Positions 43,409-55,974 of a DNA stretch of 64,000 bases are shown here, piece by piece. Source of the stretch: Chrysomallon squamiferum (lineage: Eukaryota > Animalia > Mollusca); contig CM022665.1 of the NCBI GenBank assembly GCA_012295275.1, forward strand, positions 16,430,001 through 16,494,000, in the 5' to 3' direction. The notes under the pieces are model-generated. The model did no database searches. It worked only from the letters and a program-made list of their open reading frames with translations, and was not told the DNA's origin. Each line of letters begins with the position of its first letter. Position 1 is the stretch's first letter. The translations under genes were made by a program, and so were the position numbers.

Positions 43409-45920
43409 AACTACAACATGCGTTAATAATAATCAGGGTGTAATTTTTTATAACTCTTATTTATACAACAAAGCAAAACAGTGTTTGAATGACTGAGAAA
43501 GAAAGTAAAAATCCTTTTTTTCATATTTAGTGTGACATCTTCAAATGAAGTTTACATCACAATATTTCTTTAAAATTAGAATCTGTTATTTAAAAAAAGA
43601 ACAATGGAAAAGTCTGTAGATATTTGTATATCCATTCATTCCTGTAGCTAGCAATTTCTGTTTCTGCCTTCTCTTGTGTTGTACTAGAGTAAGAACGAGA
43701 GAGAAAATATAAAATAAGAGAAAGTAAGAAAGCTACAACAACAGTGATAATAACAGTGAGAAAATGGTTTTTTTTAATTTTTTTATTGTGCAATAAAAGT
43801 TAATTATTATAGTCTGTAACAGCTAAACACCTTTAAGGTTGTAACAGCTCTGCACATATACATTTTTTTTAATGCTTTATACAATCAATTCTTCAAATGT
43901 TGTGCATGGCTCTCTGTCTGTAAATGCTTAATCAAAATCTTAATAATACAAAACTGATAAGACAAGATTCACTTTAATATAAAATAATGATTATGAAATT
44001 TTTATCTCTATTTCTGTAATATGCAGTCTGAAAGTGAAAAACAACCCTTTTTTTTTCTTTTCATAAGACAGTTAGATTACAGCTGTAGCATTTAATACTG
44101 AGAGGAAAAAACCTAGATTTATTAGTAAATGTTTCAAATCAAACTACACAAATGTATCATTAAACTAAAATGCAGCACATTCAGGTTTCTGAAATTAAAT
44201 AATTTCATTAACTAAAATGTTTTGAAACTTTATTTTTGTTGTTTTCTGATGTCACATACAGTTAGCAAAATCGTTCAACTTAAGGTGCCAATCCATCATG
44301 CCTTAACTTTGTCATTACTCTGTGACATTTATTGATATGCATTTATTAACAGGCTGTTAATTAACATGTATGTCGTTTTATATTTTACTACTTTAACAAT
44401 GTTAGTGCATGTTTTTAGTTAACTGTTGTTATGTGCTTGGCTCTTTGCCTCAAATAAAACTTGTATTGGAATTATACAGATGATTTCACCTCAGGGTTGT
44501 GAATTGTTGTAAAATGGCAGTGAATGTTAGTGTCTTGTTAACCTTTTTACTTAAAAAAAATAAAATTGTACTTTTGTTTAAATGAAGAAAAAAATTATTA
44601 ACTAATTAAAAGTCTCCCATGTTTATAAATATCAGCTTTATTATCTTCATAAAAAAAACAGTTTCTGGCAGTAAATACACCCTGTGTTTATACTATTTCA
44701 TTCATTTTTTCCAGATATTTGTGAAAGTTAGATACAGATGAAATTATAGTTTCTGTACAGAGTGACATTGTTAATAAAATATACATTTTTATAAATATAA
44801 AAAGTTGAATTTTGATTGTATTGCACAAAATTCTTTTTCAAAGACAAACATTTGCAGTAATAAAAATTTGTATTTGATCAACATTTTTTTTCTCCCAAAT
44901 ATGTTTTTAAAATTATTATTTACAGTATTTGCTGTTTGTTTTTTAGTTTAGTTATTTTTAAATGTTTCTTCTCAACTAATTATGAATGGAAGTGAAATAA
45001 ATATCATTTCACACAGAAAACAATCTGAACATATTCTAATTATTACAATCATGTTTCTTTTTGGCATCTATTAAGTGCCAAATTTACATAAGTTATGGCA
45101 TATTACCAATGTAAATTCCAGTTTAGCACATTAAAAATGTAAATGTGTAAAATCTGGCACATGAAACAAGTGTAAATACTTGCATAAAGTAAAATATATT
45201 TAACATGGAAGAATTAAATGTTCATTAAATTGTTTGTACATGTTCATGTATGTTGTATCATAGTGTTAATTATTTTAAATAATTGTGTTCTTTTTGTTCT
45301 TTTTTTGTATATTTCTGAATTACTAAAATAGTTTCATATTCGTTTAATATATTTATATTGATGTAGTTTTACTTTCTTCAGTGAACAATAAAATTTAAAA
45401 AATTATGATTTTGCAAAGTATAATTGTCACATCAGTTCAGTTTTCATTGTAGCTACATCTGTTGATGTTTTATCTTCATATTAACTTAAAATAGTCTACC
45501 CAGTATTTGTCTGTCATTAATGTATTAATAAATAAGATCTGAAATAATTTTTTGATTCAAATATTTTCTAAGGGATAATACCATGATATTCCCGGTGTTT
45601 ACTAAATGATATTTTTATTAATTATACATACAATGAAGCCACTATGCTTTTCAAGCTTTATTAATTATATTGTATTTTCTTATAGTTTTTAGCCCCATAA
45701 AACCACTTTTTTAATAACTTTTTTAACTTTAAAAACCCAAAACACTATATACAACTATTTAGAAAAGTATCAGCTAGATAGTTATATTCGGACTATTTTG
45801 CATCTTAGGCAAGGCATCCCTCCAAACCAAAAAAAACTAAAATTGCTAACTTCACTTTTTATGAGATCATTGATTTAAGTTTGACAGTAGTATTAATACT
45901 GGAAATGTATTAACTAGTTT

Positions 45921-46003
45921 TGAACTAACAATGGACTATCTATAAACTGTTATGAATTAACAATGAACTATCTATAAACTGTTATGAACAATGATGAACT
46001 ATT
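45921..46003. repeat. Tandem repeat, about 32-bp unit, about 2.5 copies
   Basis: taacaatg(g/a)actatctataaactgttatgaa occurs twice, followed by a partial third copy. Confidence 0.85.
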
Positions 46004-48804
46004 ACTGGAATATTTCCTTTTTGTTATATTTTTTCCTTAGAACAATAATTTGTATAAAACTGTGACCTTTAAAGGTCTATGCCCTAGGTAGCTGTCTAGC
46101 TGGCCTAATGGTAATGCTAGCCCTGATTATAGTCAGTATAATTTATTACATAAACATAAGAATCCAAGTCAAACCTTTAAATTGCCTGCTGAATCATTTT
46201 TTGGATGGTATTCTGTATATGACAAGAATTTGTTTTGTCTTATAATAAATGAGTGAAACAGGTTTTTTAAATTTTTATTATGTTTTTATTTTTTTATTAT
46301 TATTATTAATATGGACCAGAAGTATGGGAAATTGTGTTATTGAAATTTAAATGACAGCTATAAAATGGTGATATACACAGTTGTTTAGTTATTTATCACT
46401 GGTAGGAGTGTGACTACATCTCTAACAAGTTAAAGAATTACATGGCACACAGGTGTGAAAAATAATGTTTCTAATTATTTTGAATACCTGTACTTCCATT
46501 ACTTCATGTGTTTATTCATGTGAAGTTAATAATATACATAAATATATAAATGTGTGTGTGTGTGTGAATGTGAATGTATGTATGTATACACACACACACA
46601 CACAGTGAATAGAAATTTTGAAATACAACCATCTCACTGTTGTGAAATTAAAAGGTGCACATTTTTTGACTTTGTGTGTGTATGTTAACTTTTTGTATTT
46701 TATATATTTTACATATATGGTGCTTTTTAATATATCATTTGCATTTAATGCTATACAGTTACTTAATTTTTGTAAGGGTACAATTTATGTTTTCATTCAA
46801 CAAAATATATAGTTATATATATATATATATGTATAATATACATATAGCTGATGAAGTTTATTTGCAACATTTTCTGTGGTTTTTGTACCAAAATATTTCT
46901 TCATTTATGTGTTTATGAACAAATTGTTAATAGATCTGAATATAATTTAGTTATTTATATACTGTTTAACAATACTCATTTTATATCAATAAGCATTGAA
47001 AATCAAATATCTTGTGTTGCAATATCAAAACATTTATTTATATATATAGATACATTGTGTATTTAAAAACTACTAATATATATCTAGTCAGATTATTATA
47101 TATATACATGTCAGTTATTGTTTTAACTAAAATTATTATAATGTAAATTTAAACTGTCACATTTGTTGTAACCATTTGTGCAAAAAGAAAAAATGTGTAT
47201 AAGCAGAAATATTAACATAATTAATTCATATTTTAGTGGAGTTTTATCTTTTCCAATCCCTGTTTAATACATAAAAGTATCTTAATTTTGACATTAAACA
47301 CATACAAAAATGTTTAGTTATTTTTATTTCACATATATAAAAAATTATTTTTCTATTATTGATTTATTGCTTTTTATAAGGCAGTTATGTATGTTATTAA
47401 ATTTATCATGGACATTTATTAACTGCTAAAATATACAAATGTATATATGATATTTACAATTTTGTTCATAAAGTTTTTAAATTTTATTTCATTACCTATT
47501 ATTATTATTATTGTTTAGGGGGCTCATATTATTCATAAATTTTTTTTATGTTTTTCAAAAATTGTCAGAATAATGTAATTATGAACAAGATTTTTTAAAT
47601 ATTCTTAAATGTTCATTTCATTTTCCTACCTCCAATTTTTTTCAAATGTGAAATAACAGGTAAAAATAAAAACAAATAAGCAACACAAGCAAACAAATAA
47701 AAATTATGAAACGTGTATTACAAGCATACAAATATTTTCATTATCTAAATCTGTTATTATTAAATACCCCCCACTTTTCTTTTTATATATATATATATAT
47801 AATTATGGTATTTTCTGTTTTTATTGATTACTAACATTAAAACATTTTCCAGAATAAAATCAGCATACTGATAACATTGTATGTTGATTTCATATGAATG
47901 TCCTTTAAAAGGACGTCTCATTAATTAATTTCTTGTAATATATGCATACAACAGAATTATTAATGAACTGGAAAAAAAAAAAACACCATAATTTTTCTTT
48001 TACTTTCTTTCTTGACTTCCATTAATTTTTGCATGACTTACTGATTGATTTGGGATCAGCAAAAACTAAATTATTTAAAAATTAACAATACCACAAGCAT
48101 AATGATAAAAAAATATACTTTAAAAATAAATAAAATTATCGTTTATTAAAACAGCAATATTATTTAGAGTATATTTTATTAAAAATATGACTGCTTGCTT
48201 GTTTGTGTGTGCACTCAGAGTAAGATTATGCATCATTATTCATATGAATTAAATAACAGTGAAACAATTTATTCATAATGTTTTACTAAATTTTATGATT
48301 ATTAATTGCTGCTGTTATTTTTATTTTTATTTTTTTATTTTTTTATTTTATTTTATTTTTTGTCATTTCATAGGGAATTACAATATAAATATGTACACAC
48401 AAACCATTTCTTTAATTTTTTGTATTATTGTATTATTATTATTATTATTATTGTTATTATTATTTATTTTTTTATTTTTTGTAAGATGTTAGTTAGATCT
48501 GTGTGTAACTAAGCATTTAAAATCATTGTCTTATGTGTAACATAAATAAAATAATTAGTATCATCAGATACTTAATTATTCATAAAGTGTTCGTTTCATT
48601 TTTCTTTTCTTTTTTTTTATTAATAAAATTGCACTAACCTTAATTTATAGGACAGTAATTATTTTACAATAAACAACAAACAAATATATAAAATAGATAC
48701 ATTTATTGTTTGTCAAAATTTGTTCTAATAAGTTAAATTTGATACTTAGAAAAACATTGACCTCAAAATGAGAAACACACTGAATCAGATAATTCTTAAA
48801 ATAA

Positions 48805-49050
48805 CTATGGTCTTGTGTCATGCTCACATCAGTCATACTTACTTGACCCATTCATTTATCCTGAAGAAGGATAGTCCACCTCAGTGTGAACACTGTCAGT
48901 GTACTCTGATAATGTACTACATTTTGGTGGAGTGCAATCATCTTAGGCAGATAAGGACAAATATATTTGGTCAAATAAATTTTTGAGAGTTAGAGAGTTG
49001 TAATTTAAATAAACTATGATATATTTTGCACAGTTCTTTACAGTGGGTTT
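48805..49050 (+). mobile_element. Decayed 3' end of a non-LTR retrotransposon (LINE) ORF2, C-terminal zinc-knuckle region
   Basis: Translates VLCHAHISHTYLTHSFILKKDSPPQCEHCQCTLIMYYILVEC, a degenerate form of the R.R.GH...C..C......H.L..C motif at the end of I/Nimb/Jockey-group ORF2. Confidence 0.8.
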
Positions 49051-49559
49051 TGAGTAAATTTGAATTTTTATACATAAAGTAATTATTTTGTTATACATTA
49101 AATCTCACCTAAGTCTTCAAAGTGCAAAACTTGTCACCTTAGTGTAATGTTACTTCCAGTAAAATATCCTTGTCTAAATCATCAAAACACCTAAGTAGTC
49201 ACCCAACACTTGGTCCCAAATAACACGAGCTGCAGTTGATTTCTAGCTCTAAGTTGTCAGTAGGAAATCCCTTGGCAGCTACTGTTATACACTTAAACAG
49301 ACAGGATTGCCAGGAAAAATCAATAATGTGTTTCAGTGAAAAATCAATAAAGTTTTTCATTGAAAACAGTCTTGCATACTTTACCTGCCATCTCAAGCTA
49401 CTGGCACAGGTGTAGACAGGCACTGTGCATTGGGATATTGACATGCACATGATTTGCATTGTGTATGGGTGCATTAAATTAACATAATATTTTGGAAAGT
49501 GACTTTTTTAGTGTACAGAATGGTGACTTGCAGAAAGAGACAGCTAATAACCAAGGAGA

Positions 49560-49920
49560 AGTATGAAATAATGAAGTATTGAGAAAGAAAGTCTGGCCAA
49601 GAAAAAGTCTGTTGGCAGAAAGATTCAGGATTAACCACACAATGTTAAATGATTTTTTTTAAAACAAATCTAAAGTGACTGAGGCCATTGAGAAGGGTGA
49701 GCAGCCTGATGTAAGAAAAGGCAGAACAATATGCATCAGGCATTTCAAGCTATTTAAATTGTTTTGACAAATGGCTGCTAGACCTGAAATTCATATCAAT
49801 GATGAAATGCTACTTCAAAAAGCAAAAGGATGGTGAAAAGCTGAATGACAGTTGGATTGATCGTTTTAAGGAAAAGTGCTTAAAGTGGGTAAATACAGCA
49901 GTAGTTGAAAAATGAGAACA
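49560..49920 (+). mobile_element. Degenerate pogo/Tigger-like transposase fragment (psq and CENP-B-type HTH region)
   Basis: Broken frames read INHTMLNDFF, EIHINDEMLLQKAK and SWIDRFKEK, resembling the Tigger pattern PI.G..L.EKA...GWL.RFK; several stops and frameshifts. Confidence 0.5.
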
Positions 49921-50010
49921 TGTTAAATTTAAAGGTACAGCCTATCATGGAAAGAATATGCATGGTAGTTGACATCTGTACAGTGCATCCTATCCTTTTA
50001 CCTTTGTTTC

Positions 50011-50070
50011 ACACCCAATAGCTGATATTTTTTTGTGCTAGGGTGTTGTTAAACATTCATTCATTCATCA
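50011..50070 (+). mobile_element. SINE/LINE 3' tail remnant ending in (CATT)n
   Basis: acacccaatagctgat...gtgctagggtgttgttaaacattcattcattc: a ...GTTAAA end followed by a simple-repeat tail, as in retroposon 3' ends. Recognised by eye only. Confidence 0.5.
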
Positions 50071-50477
50071 AAACCATCATCATCATTATTTTTATAAGAT
50101 TTTTGAATTTTCCAGTTTTTTAAACCAAGCTTAATAAACTCTTAAAAAAGAAAATAAACAATGAAAAGTAATACATGAAATTGTACTTAACAGATACAAA
50201 TCTAAAGCTGGTTTTAAGGAAAGCCAGATAAATAATCTAATACCTGATATTTTGGATAATGATAATTTAACTTCAATTAAAATAAGAAATTTTTTTTTTT
50301 AGATGTTAGTGTCACTACCAACATCCTTTAAAATGAACTACATAAGATAGTAATTTTAAAATTCTAAATAATTCTATTAATATTGTGTTATAAAGAAAAT
50401 ATTCACAATTTCACATGACATGACACCATTAAATAATCAAATGATGACGATCACCATAACATTGCCTCTAATGGCAT

Positions 50478-50632
50478 AAAAAAAAAAAAAAACTTTTGTA
50501 TATAAGGGATACAATTCACTAATGTCAGCATAATTTGATAAAAAAAAAAAACGTTTGCAATATGAATGGTAAAAAAAAAAAAAAAAAACGTTTGTATATG
50601 AGGGATACAATTCACTAATGTCAGCATAATTA
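50478..50632. repeat. Imperfect tandem duplication downstream of the IAP stop codon
   Basis: A-run + aac(t/g)tttgtatat(a/g)agggatacaattcactaatgtcagcataatt occurs twice about 97 bp apart with a partial copy between. Confidence 0.85.
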
Positions 50633-50749
50633 TGATAAAGTGTCAGATACATTGAAACAGCATATTATCAGCAATGTGATGGTGAACGCCATCATTGTTT
50701 CACTAGAAATGTCGTGTCATGTAGTACTGGTCCAGTTACCAGGAAACAG

Positions 50750-52329
50750 TTAGGTGAAAGAACAAGGGATTTTTTCTGTGATTCTTGTGTTGCACTGCAA
50801 GCAGCTTTCGATGCATCGTGTGCATTCAAAGCAGCATACCAAATGCCCACAAGGTAAAAATACAATTGAAACAATATTTAAAAAACAAACTTTACAGTAA
50901 AGATGTTTTTTAAGTTTGTTGTCTTCATCATAAAGATCAAAATCCCTGTATCCAGATTCATCTGTTCTGTTCATTGACAGTGTTTGACCTAGTGTAAAAA
51001 AAACACACAATAATAAATAATAAAATATGTAAATATTTACTTCTCCTGCTACTACATACTATTGCCACCACAACTGCTAATAACAACATTAGCAAAAGCA
51101 ATAATAATAATAATAAATAATAATAATATTAATAAATATAATGATAATAAATAAATAAACAAATAAAACTGTACGACAACAATGGCTATTTCTTTACCTC
51201 AGTAGAAAATTACATTCACACATACAAAATGTAAAATGTTTAGTAATATCAAATTAATCAATTTTAATAGTGCATTATGATTTACCCCAAACAAACAAAA
51301 ACAATTTTATTTATATTATACCTTGTCTGGTATATTCATCATAACTGCCAACAGCTCCCCTGTGACTGCTACCTCCGTCCTGAAAATAAAACCAGTTCAA
51401 AGATTACAACCTCAAAATTAATCATCTCTAATTACTCAAATGACTTTATAATTTGTTTTAATTAACACAAGAGCAAGCTTTGTAAATAATAAAGTACAAC
51501 AATAAAACAATATAACAGTTACTTTCCCTCTTTTGGTTTCCATATCTTATGACAGAATGATAAAGAAAGCCAAAAACCATTTAAATCTCTTCTCTCTTTA
51601 TCTCTCTTACACACACACGCATACACACAAAATAAACACAAATATTCATATTACACAACTAATAAAATACAAATAACTGCATTGTAACAAGATACTATAA
51701 CAAATAATAAAAAGGTCAAAATTCACTGGAGATCCTGTAATGGGAGATAATCTCAACTGGTCAGCTGCCACTCTCATCTTTACATACTGACAGCTGGGAG
51801 TCTGTTTTTATGTGTCAGAAATGGATCCTGACTGGTCTGCCAGCCTGTGAAATATAGGTTCATACCACAGAAGGGGCACATCGATTTGTCATCTCCTAAA
51901 ATAACAAAACTAATTATTAGAAACATACTACTTTTATGCAAGTTTTTTAGTGTATGCCTCTATCCAAATATCTGACACCCACCTGTCACATAATTTTACT
52001 ATACTAGTCAAGTTTAATGGAAAGTGTTCAGTGATACCTCCTTGTGCCATACTTGTCATACCTTAGTAGAAATAAGAAATGTTTTACCCTTAGTTGTTAC
52101 ACTAGCATGCTATTGCTGTGTTATTACTTCTACTACTAAAACAACAACTATTACTACTATTACTACTACAGAAATATATACATGTTGTATTTATGGATAA
52201 TGCATGCATGCATGGTTAGGTAAGTGGATATGTATCTATATACACATGTCTGTATGAAGACACATTTGTGAAGATGTGTTTTTTGTATGTTTTGTATGTA
52301 TATGTTTGATGTATGTATGTATATGTATA

Positions 52330-52370
<41 letters not shown>

Positions 52371-52393
52371 GTCTATGTGTATGTGTATGTCTA

Positions 52394-52427
<34 letters not shown>

Positions 52428-52693
52428 GATGGAGATATAAATATGTTGGATTTTGAGGGATTTTTATTTTGTTTAAGCATGAATTATAAGCTCATTTAAT
52501 GACTTTTGGAAGATGTAATAATTAATAAATAAATTTAAAATGACTCACTTTCACAATAGAAGAACCCAGCATATGCTAACAACTTTGGTTCCGATCTTAA
52601 ATTTGGCCAATTTTTAAATGTCTCCAGACGTTTTTGATAATATATGTATCTTGGATGTTTAATAGTTGCATAATCTAAACAATTTCTATCCAT
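50750..52693 (-). CDS. Inhibitor-of-apoptosis (IAP) family protein, one BIR + C-terminal RING, about 203 aa if repaired; 1-bp frameshift as assembled (pseudogene, null allele or assembly error)
   Basis: Exons 52549-52693 (MDRNCL...KRLETFKNWP...LAYAGFFYCE), 51727-51895 (DDKSMCPFC...WQTSQDPFLTH, frameshift, TPSCQYV), 51322-51379, 50750-50988 (CKVCFLNIVSIVFLPCGHLVCCFECTRCIESCLQC). All GT-AG; phases agree only if one base is added in the T5 run at 51805-51809. Confidence 0.9.
52306..52426. repeat. (GTGTAT)n-type repeat in the first IAP coding intron
   Basis: Seen directly; explains the VYVYVY ORF. Confidence 0.9.
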
Positions 52694-54239
52694 TTAGGCA
52701 GTCTTTAGTAATCATTAATTATCATGTATATTTATTAAGTTTTAATTGTCATTTTTCTCTCCCAGGCTTGGAAATGTCTTTGTTAAGTACATCATCTTTT
52801 CATAAAATTATTAAAATATTTAATTTATTATTAACTTTAAATAAAGTTTTCTTTTTTTTTCTCTTTATCTTCTTTCGTTTTCTTTTTTTTTTTTTTTCTT
52901 GTCGGCTGAACAATAATTATTTTGTAAATAATCTGAAAAAAAAAAAAAATAAAAATGAGAGAGAATAAATAAAATAAAATAAAATAAAAAACATAAAAGG
53001 AGTTGATTAATAGTTGAGTTTCAAAGGTACCAGAGGCTTAAATGGGTTTTAGCAACTAGGTTTTAGATCCATGAGGCTGGGATTGGGAAAAGCTGGGGAT
53101 TGGTGCAGATGCTACAACCTGTCTGTTTTTATTATTATTTATTTCTTCACTGATCTGATAAAACTGTCTTTAAGGTTTGTCAGTATCTTCATTTGATATT
53201 TATAGATATTTGATAATGATATATAATAAAATATTTCCACTTACACTTCTACTCTTCATTATAAAAAAATTAAAAATTAAAAATTAAAATATCACTGTTT
53301 ACAAACTTGAACATGAAACTGGACATAAATCTGAAAACTAAAAAGCTTAGGGGATGATGTCCCCCTGTGTAGTCCCCACCCCCCCACCATTCCCATGAGT
53401 CAGATGAAAAAAAAAAATATCTTGAAATGCTTGCTAGCATAAAAGTCTTGGTTTTTCCAGTTAAATATAGTAACAACATGGTTTTACCACAACAGTGAAA
53501 GTGATAATAGGAAACTCCCAAATAGGAAACTCATTTCAAATATTCACAAAATTGTGATATTTTATCATTTTCTGATTACTCAGTGTTTAAATCATAGTGT
53601 TTGTGTGATAGAAAAATGCACTTTAAAACTGAATTCAAAACTGTTGGTTAATTATTCTAAAAAAACTGTTATTCTAGGAGCAATAGATAGAAGAGTATAT
53701 AGGTAATTACTTAACACAGTGCTAAAAAAAAATATTTACAAAAGGAAATCCTTACATTTGCTTTAATCATCCAAGCATGCTATCTAAGTACATGAACAGT
53801 TAAAGGTTTATGTGAATTGTGTTTGTATGTGTGTGTGTGTGGGGTGGGGTGTGGGTGTGTATGTATTTTGACTGTTCCATCCAGCTGCATAAAAATATAA
53901 AAAAGCATATTAAAAAATAACATTTGTAATAAAACATCTCTTTATAATAATAATAATAATAATAATCATCATCATCATCAAAAGAAAGAGATGTTTTTTA
54001 CCTTGAGTTCTGCAGGTTTCTGTACAGGCGTTTTACCTGAAGGGAATTCACCTAATAGTTTTGAGCATGCTCAGTTATTATTGTTTTGAGATCTGAGTTG
54101 CTATGCTACCACAACTTCTACTAGGTATCATTTTTGCATAATAATAACAAAATAATGAAAATAATTAGAAAAGGATTAATGATTTTATTATAGGCAGTAG
54201 TAGTATTTGTGAACAACTGAACCAGAAAAGAAAGAATAA

Positions 54240-54278
<39 letters not shown>

Positions 54279-55589
54279 ATGCACTGCCAAAGTAAATGTA
54301 ATCATTAGTATATTAATTGATGTGAGTTTTATTTTTTTTTTTTTTTTTTTTATTTTTATTTTTTTATATTGTAACTCCAAATATTTTAAATGATGACACT
54401 AATATTATTACTTCATGCTTGCAGGTTATTTGTAATATACATGTAATATACATGTGTACAAAAAGACAAAATATTGTTAAAACATTATTCTTATTTGTTT
54501 TCAAAACAGTTTGGTAAATGTTAGTGGTTATCTATTATTTATTTAAATACATCACAGTATTATCACCTATTATAGAAACTTTCAATAAATTGTTTATTTC
54601 TCATCTATCTGAAGAAGCTGTCTTTAAAAGTATTTCAGTTTGTTCATTTACATCAGTCTAAAATTTACAGATATTTGATAATAAATGTATAATGAATACT
54701 TCCTTTTAGATGACTGCTTTGCTAAATAAATATCTCTGATTCCATACTAGTTCAGAAATAAAGGACATAAACTGAAAACTGAAAAGTAAGGAGACATCAA
54801 ATATTCACAAAATTGCTTTGTTAAATTTTAATTTTCAAACTGCTCTATATTTAAAATTATAATGTGAGTATGTCCGTCTGAATCTAATTAGTAATACACA
54901 AATGCAGTTTAAAATTTAATTCAAAACACTGGTTAATTTGAACTGAACATATCAGTTATTTGAGAAGCAACAGATATATGAATGCCTAATTAATTACTTA
55001 ATAAAAACATAAATAAAACATATTTACGTATGAAAACTTGCTAGTTAAGTGCATAAAAATAAAAATTAACGTGCATACTCATTGGATAATTACCATATGT
55101 CTCAAAAATGACCATAGCCAATAAAGTGTCATAAATTTATTTCACTTGATTTTCTCTGTATGTTAATTAATTTGTGAAAATGTCAAAATAAGCTTCAGGT
55201 GTAAGCTAACAATTAAATAACTAAAAATTTAATATTTGACAATCCATTATCTAAAATTATATGTATAATAACAATGATGATGATGATGATGATAGCAATA
55301 ACAACTGCAAGAAATGAAAGAAAAACATGTATATCAACCAAATTTTTATTGCAGCCGTTTTGTAAAATAAACTATTGTTGACATTGTTTAAATAAAAGTT
55401 TAACAATATCTTAATATGCTGTTGAAAAGATTTAAAATTATAACAACATCAAAATATATCATTCTTGATTTTCATTACAGCAGCAAACATTATCTAAATA
55501 TCAAACAGTATTACTGTTTACATTTTTACATTAGCATATTAAATATAATTTTGATTAAGAAAAATAAAATAATAATAATAAAATAAGAC

Positions 55590-55592
<3 letters not shown>

Positions 55593-55659
<67 letters not shown>

Positions 55660-55665
55660 AATAAA
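55593..55665. repeat. (TAA)n/(TAAA)n microsatellite
   Basis: Seen directly. Confidence 0.95.
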
Positions 55666-55974
55666 TGTTCATTATTTTTGTTATAAATATCCCTTCAATA
55701 TTTAAAATAAAACACACTGCAAAATAACATTTTGTAAAATACAATTGATATTATATACTTAAGTTGCTTTTACTGAATGATACTTGTAGCTAATCTGTAA
55801 TAAACACGTACAGAGATAGTTTAAAACCCATCAATATGATGTTTGTTTTGCATTATGCTAAAGAAGCTCAAAAGTTTTAAAATTGTATTCAATTTTCATT
55901 ATTTTTGGACTAATAAAAATTAAAACCAATCTTAAAAAAACATATTAAATTTAATAAATAAAAAAATTAAAAAA

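Noticed and set aside
43406-43440. Stop-codon readthrough at the DAAM TAG
   Set aside because: Context TAG-AAC is not a leaky motif and in-frame stops follow within a few codons.
45921-46003. CRISPR-like direct repeats (also 50478-50632)
   Set aside because: Only 2-3 tandem units, no unique spacers or cas genes, eukaryotic context.
46078-46125. MITE-like terminus (gccctaggtagctgtctag...gctagccctg)
   Set aside because: No matching opposite terminus or target-site duplication found by eye.
49199-49474. 91-aa minus-strand ORF
   Set aside because: No recognisable motif; lies among transposon debris.
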